Assembly (NCBI GenBank): GCA_963668645.2
Contig: CAXXWC010000021.1
Coordinates: 608,001 to 672,000, forward strand
DNA: 64,000 nt
Reading direction: 5' to 3'
Origin: Desulfobacterales bacterium
GTDB lineage: Bacteria > Desulfobacterota > Desulfobacteria > Desulfobacterales > UBA2174
Part shown: piece after piece, positions 62,201 to 64,000 of the stretch
How the letters are laid out: the number at the start of each line of letters is the position of its first letter
How positions within the stretch are numbered: the stretch's first letter is position 1
Notes under the pieces: generated by a model
What the model was told of the DNA's origin: nothing
Seen by the model: only the letters and a program-made list of their open reading frames with translations
Database searches by the model: none
Position numbers and translations under genes: made by a program

Positions 62201-64000
62201 CGACATCCGTTCCGTCAAGTTTGAGAGTACCGGCATCGGGCAGTGTGGTAATTTTGACTTTCAGCAGGCTGTCGGCAGGACTGTCGGTGGGGTCTGTGAA
62301 CCCAAAGTCGGCGACCGCAAAGGTATGGTTGCCGTCTTCCAAGATGGTGATGGTTTTGTCCGCACCGGCGGGGGCATCGTTGGTGCCGATCACGGTGATT
62401 GTCAAAGTCGAGCTATCGGTCGCGCCGTTGTTATCTGCGTTGGTATAGGTGATGGAAGTGGTTCTCGATTCACCCGCGGCAAGATCGTCGAAATCCGTGC
62501 CCGAGGCAAAGGTGTAGGAACCGTCCGCACCGATGGTGAATTTGCCACCGTCTGATCCGTCAACAGCCTGACCCACATTGACTGCATCGCCTTCGACTGC
62601 GGATACGGTATGGCTATCGCTCGTATCCAGGTCGGTGTCGTTGGAAAGAACATTGCCCGAGGTATCGACGTTCTCGGTTGTGGTGCCGCTATCGGCCACG
62701 GCCACCGGACCGTCATTGGTGCCGGTCACGGTGACAGTCAGGGTAGCGGTATCTGTCCCGCCGTTGTTGTCCAGATTGGTGTATTCAATGGAAGTGGTTC
62801 TCGACTCACCCGCGGCAAGATCATCGAAATCCGTACCCGGGGCAAAGGTGTAAAAACCGTCCGCATTGACAACGAATTTACCGCCGTCTGATCCGTCAAC
62901 AGCCTGACCCACATTGGCTGCATCGCCTTCGACTGCGGATACGGCATGGCTATCGCTCGTATCCAGGTCGGTGTCGTTGGAAAGAACATTGCCCGAGGTC
63001 TCGACGTTCTCGGTTGTGGTGCCGCTATCGGCCACGGCCACCGGACCGTCATTGGTGCCGGTCACGGTGACAGTCAGGGTAGCGGTATCTGTCCCGCCGT
63101 TGTTGTCCAGATTGGTGTATTCAATGGAAGTGGTTCTTGACTCACCTGCGGCAAGATCGTCAAAGTCATTGCCCGGAACAAAGGTATAGGAACCGTCCGC
63201 ACCGATGGTGAATTTACCGCCGTCTGATCCGGCAACAGCCTGACCCACATTGGCTGCATCCCCACCTACCTGGGACACCGTATGGCTATCGCTGGTATCC
63301 GGATCGGTATCGTTGGAAAGCACATTGCCCGAGGTATCGAGGTTCTCGGTTGTGGTGCCGCTATCGGCCACGGCTACCGGACCGTCGTTGGTGCCGCTCA
63401 CGCTGATGGTCAGAGTTGCAGTATCTGTCCCGCCGTTGTTGTCTGCGTTGGTGTATTCAATGGAAGTGGTTCTCGACTCACCCACGGCAAGATCGTTGAA
63501 ATCCGTGCCCGGGGCGAATGTATAGGAACCGTCCGCACCGATGGTGAATTTGCCACCGTCTGATCCGTCAACAGCCTGACCCACATTGACTGCATCGCCT
63601 TCGACTGCGGATACGGTATGGCTATCGCTCGTATCCAGGTCGGTGTCGTTGGAAAGAACATTGCCCGAGGTCTCGACGTTCTCGGTTGTGGTGCCGCTAT
63701 CGGCCACGGCCACCGGACCGTCATTGGTGCCGGTCACGGTGACAGTCAGGGTAGCGGTATCTGTCCCGCCGTTGTTGTCCAGATTGGTGTATTCAATGGA
63801 AGTGGTTCTCGATTCACCCGCGGCAAGATCGTCGAAATCCGTACCCGGGGCAAAGGTGTAAGAACCGTCCGCATTGACAACGAATTTACCGCCGGCTGAT
63901 CCGTCAACAGCCTGATCCACATTACCTGCATCCCCACCTACCTGGGACACCGTATGGGTATCGCTCGTATCCAGGTCGGTGTCGTTGGAAAGAACATTGC
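41217..64000 (-). CDS. Giant RTX adhesin (>7,590 aa; 5' end outside window) with VCBS/Ig-like repeats, RTX nonapeptides, Calx-beta domains and FG-GAP propellers
   Basis: Frame open to the window end; GGxGxDxL repeats, GDVNGDGxDD repeats, DGTATAG.DY Calx-beta motifs; directly upstream of the T1SS genes. Confidence 0.95.
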   Translation of the reverse strand, partial: NVLSNDTDLDTSDTHTVSQVGGDAGNVDQAVDGSAGGKFVVNADGSYTFAPGTDFDDLAAGESRTTSIEYTNLDNNGGTDTATLTVTVTGTNDGPVAVADSGTTTENVETSGNVLSNDTDLDTSDSHTVSAVEGDAVNVGQAVDGSDGGKFTIGADGSYTFAPGTDFNDLAVGESRTTSIEYTNADNNGGTDTATLTISVSGTNDGPVAVADSGTTTENLDTSGNVLSNDTDPDTSDSHTVSQVGGDAANVGQAVAGSDGGKFTIGADGSYTFVPGNDFDDLAAGESRTTSIEYTNLDNNGGTDTATLTVTVTGTNDGPVAVADSGTTTENVETSGNVLSNDTDLDTSDSHAVSAVEGDAANVGQAVDGSDGGKFVVNADGFYTFAPGTDFDDLAAGESRTTSIEYTNLDNNGGTDTATLTVTVTGTNDGPVAVADSGTTTENVDTSGNVLSNDTDLDTSDSHTVSAVEGDAVNVGQAVDGSDGGKFTIGADGSYTFASGTDFDDLAAGESRTTSITYTNADNNGATDSSTLTITVIGTNDAPAGADKTITILEDGNHTFAVADFGFTDPTDSPADSLLKVKITTLPDAGTLKLDGTDVGEGDFIDVADLTKLVFTPTADAYGNGYASFTFQVQDDGGTENGGVDLDASANTITFNVSPVADIANDTAEVAEDGSVTTDVLANDTFEDTGRTIVSVTQAGHGTVEIVDAAAGTVKYTPDADFNGEDSYTYTVTSGGVSETATVTVSVTAVDDPATIGGDSSGTGDEDTLISGTLTATDVADGMSDGSYFTIESGDNAAHGTASIDEGTGAWSYTSDADYHGTDSFTVTVTDDAGNTKTQIVSLSVSAVADITDDTAEVAEDGSVTTDVLANDTFEDTGRTIVSVTQAGHGTVEIVDAAAGTVKYTPDADFNGQDSYTYTVTSGGVSETATVTVSVTAVDDPATIGGDSSGTGNEDTLISGTLTATDVADGMSDGSYFTIESGDNAAHGTASIDAATGAWSYTPDADYHGTDSFTVTVTDDAGNTKTQIVSLSVSAVADITDDTAEVAEDGSVTTDVLANDTFEDTGRTIVSVTQAGHGTVEIVDAAAGTVKYTPDADFNGQDSYTYTVTSGGVSETATVTVSVTAVDDPATIGGDSSGTGDEDTLISGTLTATDDADGMSDGSYFTIESGDNAAHGTASIDEGTGAWNYTPDADYHGTDSFTVTVTDDAGNTKTQIVSLSVSAVADITDDTAEVAEDGSVTTDVLANDTFEDTGRTIVSVTQAGHGTVEIVDAAAGTVKYTPDADFNGQDSYTYTVTSGGVSETATVTVSVTAVDDPATIGGDSSGTGNEDTLISGTLTATDAADGMSDGSYFTIESGDNAAHGTASIDEGTGAWSYTPDADYHGEDSFTVTVTDDAGNTKTQIVSLSVSAVSDITDDTAEVAEDGSVTTDVLANDTFEDTGRAIVSVTQAGHGTVEIVDAAAGTVKYTPDADFNGQDSYTYTVTSGGVSETATVTVSVTAVDDPATIGGDSSGTGNEDTLISGTLTATDDADGMSDGSYFTIESGDNAAHGTASIDEGTGAWSYTSDADYHGEDSFTVTVTDDAGNTKTQIVSLSVSAVSDITDDTAEVAEDGSVTTDVLANDTFEDTGRAIVSVTQAGHGTVEIVDAAAGTVKYTPDADFNGQDSYTYTVTSGGVSETATVTVSVTAVDDPATIGGDSSGTGNEDTLISGTLTATDDADGMSDGSYFTIESGDNAAHGTASIDAATGAWNYTPDADYNGTDSFTVTVTDDAGNTATQVVSVSVSAVADTPTLNVADVTATSDSPVDLTISSLLSDIDGSETLSLVISGIPDGASLSAGTDNGDGSWTLTPAQLSGLSLTLADDTDRSIDLNVTATATETNGDTASVSKSLNITINNAPTVEGDKVVSMADDDSAVIALDISAPTDPDGDNLTIEITALPDNGTLYLAGGTAVTTTGELTAEQLSGLTFTPDNIDETQTTELIYIVKDDYGVQAESVVTIEVRNEITDGDRNPVIATGSDGNDLIFIDTADIVSIHAGEGIDTLILNNGSGLPLDLTAIGDGAITGIDRMDITGCGNNVLTLSSDNVAAMSDSGTLTVLGDAGDEIHLRGQWQAGEDQVIGGATYTPYTLGDTTVLVAAAVTALVIIEGTEGADTLTGTSGPDLILGLDGPDILDGRDGADSLQGGAGNDILVFDPNDSLMDGGAGDKDVLRVDGSGVSLDLTAIDDALITGMERIDITGSGDNQLILSTADVLALSDTSDTLTILGDSGDRVTLEGTWTVSGTQPVDDEIFYKYINGDAVVLVHPDVIANLHLEGTDGDDALTGGRGDDVISGLAGNDILDGQAGADSLSGGSGDDVLVFDAADTSVDGGEGEDTLRVDGHGQVVDLMETDDGVFTGIEIIDLTGDGGNSLIVGSADILAINDDGTLVVDGTEEDTVNLQGTWSGPVDEVIAGQTYHVYTLNGATLKVLDGITVGNVITGTENDDTLIGTAGIDVIRAEAGNDFIDGAGGSDILRGGAGDDRLVFDANDSIIDGGTDTDTLLVDEDLDLTNLDDGLLRNIEIIDITGTGDNSLTLTGSDISALTDTDTLTVTGDAGDSLILYGPWDTAGTETIGGTEYTCYEQDETVVRVAPDVSVSILVIGTEGKDVLTGGTAAETVSGLEGNDTLDGGGGADSIYGGDGDDVIVFDADDVLIDGGTGTDTLRLSGSGQILDTDDFSDGQVTGIEIIDLTGTGDNAVIVSPEAVEAIFDGLLIVKGDTGDSVTFGGQWTAHGTEKVDGVTYDVYESGENRVLVDLDVALGQVVMGTEGDDTLTGGEGADIVSGLGGDDILDGARGVDELHGGTGNDTLVYDEADHLVDGGTGTDTLRVDGAGTIIDLPETADDVFTGIEIIDLTGTGDNRLILGEVDVLAMSDTGTLEVRGDGGDIVNLDGTWTADGTDGDGNFRYVSGEATVLVAPEVTIASVIHGTDGADTLSDSTGDHVIRGEEGDDTLTGGTGDHVLDGGAGDDVLVYDAADSRFDGGTGTDTLRVDGAGEHIDLTEDAGNRILGIEKIDLTGTGANELTADEDAVMGASDAGSLIIHGDGDDVVNLFGSWVSQGTATHDGVDYYVLTLNEASVEVSAASTIVVTNELGGVTVFGTDGDDELTVPEAGSAVSAGGDDIIVLDSTNFTQIDGGEGYDVVDISRESTSLDTTLLPATALTDIEEITMLRTTGITNSLTLSAEDVIAATDSDNELVVSGETRDYLYLQGEWTEGEDRIIGDTTYKTVISEDGQATVVYTAGIRFYYTNPTDQISEFGVGEQAGLTLINSGINEYAGCAVAGLGDVDGDGLDDILVSAYGAKTSWLIFGRETGFGEIDLDDLGTGGVTITGGPTARYTDTVQSAGDVNGDGYDDFLIQFGTDDQAALIFGKAGGWTDLDLNDLGDNGIVINGFAFTNDRMHIAGVGDVNGDGYDDLVIGGDMTTTDDNSTNQRGLTYLVYGQQDGWTDISLNDNTSGQVVTMRGDTWDWAGYSVSAAGDINGDGYADFLVGAPRSTDRYYSSGKYYDDTSDRDGTVYLVLGNGDDWNDFYLSSGQQVIEIAGTSGGDQQAGQYVSSVGDVNGDGYDDLIVSQLRSSSSSYWNAYLIFGSADISDMNLSDLGDQGIQITNSLSLSTSSANQVTGIGDIDGDGYDDFMISMPVNDDSDTDAGAVFVVYGKADGWEDFDVAKIGEDGLEITGGFANEKLGTGICAAGDFDGDGITDILMGSPYNHQDGYQSGSAFLLRGGDYSEAVVGVGSDSADIVLGSYASDKLAGQGGDDTLVGLGGEDILSGGAGDDIIGVSNLDFILVDGGTGSDTLRLDGGDLTLDFSGYAGTRMIGFERIDLGVGTFNAGNCLEANYDEVMSLLGRQLYGYNGTKLYVDGDNRDSVTLEGPWAVLGTDGDYVRYALEGIEVWVDADITVTVEGWKILYQGATIDLDNAPEGIRIEQDAVAGSWTAVAAAGDVNGDGFDDLIFGYPDTGSATMSVTISTGETRSFSRSVGESYVIFGSSGGISDVDLTSLDDDALGVGLTGGNWADRTYDPDDYSQVTAVTGDNSQGEYAGSSVTALGDVNGDGLVDILVGACNYSVTVTPGVSYRGTYPTVDYSEEGRVYLNFGTETWTGTSLAESDVIITGSDQSANIGSVISGAGDVNGDGIDDILINDGTDVVLILGTSDGWSNSDLDGLGDQSVTISGISRAEDSDLTAVGDVNADGYDDFVISAPSLNSYAGGVYLIFGGPQESWTDFDVTDFNDPSRMICLAGTVASARAGEQVEAIGDINGDGIDDFLVNASYTSASHTWYQDGAAYVVFGRSGGWSDLDLENLRDGGFKLTGASDFEHAGEYLAGLGDVNGDGYDDFIISSSLASNGADEGGDAYLIFGRADGWEDIDLAHMSEYGIQLTGGDSYCEPVGVGDVDGDGFNDVLIGSDLLYGGDFLGTVTAHASDVAGETLTGTLEAEQLIGNCGDDILVSGGGADVLYGGAGDDRIEIPDDDFQRIDGGTGQDTLALTGAAMTLDLNAAGTNIQRIEKIDLSAPGNHTLVVSPGSAGAMNDANIPLYVSGDDDDTVILLGQWDLSQDPVVEGEVTYSSYTYGEMQVLVETGICVQTVTPVVTVSNATVTEGGIAEFTVTLAQALAFTLTLGYGTMDGTATAAEDYVAAAGSLVFAPGETSKTFQVVISEDAAFEQGESFSVVLSGASYIDIGDATARIVDNDAPVSEDLGFVGQKIIGEEASDQAGYSVSSIGDVNGDGLDDILVGAIAGDDDADLNTGAAYVIFGGTEGPIDLGEVASGIGGFKMYGDSSGDQAGYSVSAAGDVNGDGIGDMIVGSNAATAYVVYGNADGSSVDLSALDPAVNGFTITGVSDYAGRCVSAAGDINGDGYADLIVGAPYHDTGTSNSGSAFVIYGSAGDEASDVDLSDIGTGGFEIYGENSSDYAGWSVSSAGDVNGDGYDDLIVGAYQNDAGGTYAGAAYVIYGRQGGYDAAINLDDVAAGNNGYGFKIIGEVSYDYAGYSVSSAGDINGDGYDDLIVGAYGNDAGGSYAGAAYVIYGRQGGYDTAINMDDVAAGNNEYGFKIIGEAGSDYAGYSVSSAGDVNGDGYDDLLIGAYRNDAGGTDTGAAYLVYGSADAPSSAAIDLSDVAGGTGGFKLYGNAASDYAGWSVSSAGDVNGDGFADLLVGAYQADDGGSGSGTAYIVYGGNYTASVNRLGTDEDDTLTGTAADESLVGGLGDDTLISGGGADVLYGGAGNDRIEIADCDFLRIDGGTGQDTLAFGSGGTALFLTVSNNQINNIETFDISGTGANSLVIAAQSIVRINDSSQTIRIIGDGDDQVTLLGEWGDPVSVTDESGTFDQYTIGTTVVQVESEIASRAVEPVFTVSDPFVSEDGTLVQFTITLNEALDFDLTLDYATADGTATAGEDYTAVWGSLTFEAGQTSALIEVAVADDDLFEGNETFSLQIGTSVLGVSAEDTGLAIIGDNDSPTSENLGLVGQKIIGEDGSDQAGYSVAAAGDVNGDGLDDVIVGATYDDDGGSNAGAAYVVYGGTDGPIDLGEVASGIGGFKMYGDYNYDQAGSSVSSAGDVNGDGLDDLLVGAPYNDDGGSSSGSAYVVYGREDGYDTALDLNDLGANGFHIIGDSSSDYAGYAVSSAGDFNGDGYVDLIVGASNEGSVYLIYGQSGTDIADLDLSSIGDRGFKIIGESSSDYAGCTVAAAGDVNGDGLDDIIIGAPYDDDGGDSSGTAYVVYGTSENLSSLSLSYVASTSYDYGFKIIGETGSDHAGYSVSGAGDINGDGYADILVGASGNDAGGSSAGAVYVIYGRAGGYDANVNLDDVAADNNEYGFKIVGESGSGNAGFSVSMVGDINGDGYDDLLVGAYLDDNDGGTDAGAVYVVYGNSGGYDATVNLADVAAGTGGFKLFGDTASGEAGYSVSAAGDVNGDGFADLIIGVPYDDEGGTDAGAAYIFYGGDYNQDVDQQGTAGNDTLSGTAAGERLIGGQGDDTLISGGGADVLYGGAGNDSILVEDVGFFRVDGGSGEDTLVLNGAGNRLDLTAALLITHVETFDISGTGANTICLSSESLASMELDGGILRITGDADDRILLYGNWGESTTVTIDSGTYDQYTIGSFQVLVETEISDQEAMAAESLAEIGQKLVGVEGSDQAGYSVAAAGDVNGDGLDDVIVGAIYGDDDAQVNTGAAYVIFSGSDETIDLSDVVAGTGGFWMFGDLNSDQAGYSVSAAGDVNGDGIGDVIVGAPYNDDAGSSCGVAYVVYGRADGGAVDLDTLDPATDGFTITGYSADQAGRSVSAAGDINGDGYADLIVGAPYHDTGSSSSGSVFVIYGKPVDEASDVDLSDIGTDGFEIYGENYSDYAGYAVSGVGDVNGDGYDDLIVGAYQNDAGGSNAGAAYVIYGRQGGYDAAINLADVAAGNNGYGFKIIGETSSDYAGYSVSSAGDINGDGYDDLIVGAYQNDNGGSSSSNMGAAYVIYGRQGGYDAAIDLADVAADNNEYGFKIIGEANYDYAGYSVSSAGDVNGDGYDDVIVGAYLNDAGGSDAGAAYVVYGSGQGYASSVDLADVAKGKGGFKLVGESSGDYAGWSVSSAGDVDGDGFDDLLVGVPQDDDNGNSSGTAYIVYGGNFTLSVDLLGTDENDTLTGTAADESLIGGQGDDTLISGGGADLLYGGAGDDVIELTDGGFRRIDGGTGQDTLSLTGAGATLSLTASNNQLNNIEVFDLTGTGANTLVLAAQAVAHINDIDGTIRIFGDDGDRLVMLGDWGDPISVVDESGSFNQYTFGAALVLVDTDIACQSAAPVITVSDPLVAENGTFAQFIISLDQALDFDLTLDYATADGTATAGVDYTAVFGRITIEAGQISVQVQVPIVDDSGFEVEETFSLEVGQAILGVSTEGGGLAVIDDNDAPVSENLGLVGQKIIGEDSSDRAGYSVAWAGDVNGDGLDDVIVGATYDDDGGSNAGAAYVIFGGTEGPIDLGEVASGIGGFKMYGDSSGDQAGYSVSAAGDVNGDGIGDVIVGSNVATAYVVYGNADGGAVDLSALDPAVNGFTITGVSDYAGRCVSAAGDINGDGYADLIVGAPYHDTGTTNSGSAFVIYGSAGDEASDVDLSDIGTGGFEIYGENYSDYAGISVSLAGDVNGDGYDDLIVGVYQNDAGGSNAGAAYVIYGRQGGYDAAINLADVAVGNNGYGFKIIGEISSDYAGYSVSSAGDANGDGYDDLLIGAYGNDAGGSYAGAAYVIYGRQGGYDTAINMDDVAADNNEYGFKIIGEAGSDYAGYSVSSAGDVNGDGYDDLLIGAYRNDAGGTDTGAAYLVYGSADAPSSAIDLSDVAGGTGGFKLYGSAASDYAGWSVSSAGDVNGDGFADLLVGAYQADDGGDGSGTSYIVCGGDYTSSVDRLGTDGNDTLTGTAAGEILIGGQGDDTLISGGGADVLYGGAGDDSILVEDAGFFRIDGGGGEDTLGIDNDLDLTQMAGNQVEDIEKIDMTGTGDNHLTLGLGDVLDVTDDGNELFVDGDSGDSVSVADGTWSDGGIDSATGYHSYTCEGATLMIGLDLSVTIQTIL
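58640..62024 (-). repeat. About six tandem 564-bp (188-aa) Ig/cadherin-like double-domain repeats
   Basis: Period 564 visible in sequence and in shadow ORFs (59101/59665, 60139/60703, 61357/61921). Confidence 0.92.
62375..64000 (-). repeat. Tandem 336-bp (112-aa) VCBS-type repeats, about five copies, continuing out of the window
   Basis: Period 336 (62578/62914/63250/63586); motif TVTVTGTNDGPVAVAD. Confidence 0.92.

Noticed and set aside
58640..64000. CRISPR array
   Set aside because: Repeats are in-frame protein domains with no spacers; no cas genes

Overview
Deltaproteobacterial-type window (Desulfosarcina/Desulfobacteraceae-like, inferred from gene content) in three parts. (1) 1-18.6 kb: a fixB-fixC-fixX cluster that is directly duplicated (219-2304 vs 16490-18615; the second copy has truncated fixB and frameshifted fixC). 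Between the copies lie a low-GC catabolic islet (IclR, adenylosuccinate-lyase-family lyase, MmgE/PrpD, TctABC), IS debris, a frameshifted thioesterase and a primase-like/SF2 helicase/PLD fusion gene. (2) 18.6-36 kb: accessory region with a sigma54-driven operon (TusA-like, HybA-like FeS, HybB/NrfD-like, 13-CxxCH cytochrome c3-octaheme fusion) and its activator. It also holds an AAA ATPase, integron-type gene cassettes with attC sites but no IntI, a decayed tyrosine recombinase, an AT-rich HD-domain gene, a cystatin-like small protein, and two homologous promoter-RBS-micro-ORF-terminator units (18.7 and 28.8 kb) that I cannot assign to a known family. (3) 36-64 kb: a type I secretion system and a >7,590-aa RTX adhesin (5' end outside the window) with VCBS/Ig-like tandem repeats, Calx-beta domains and six FG-GAP propeller modules, the last of which is mosaic. 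All calls are from reading the sequence by eye; no database searches were run.
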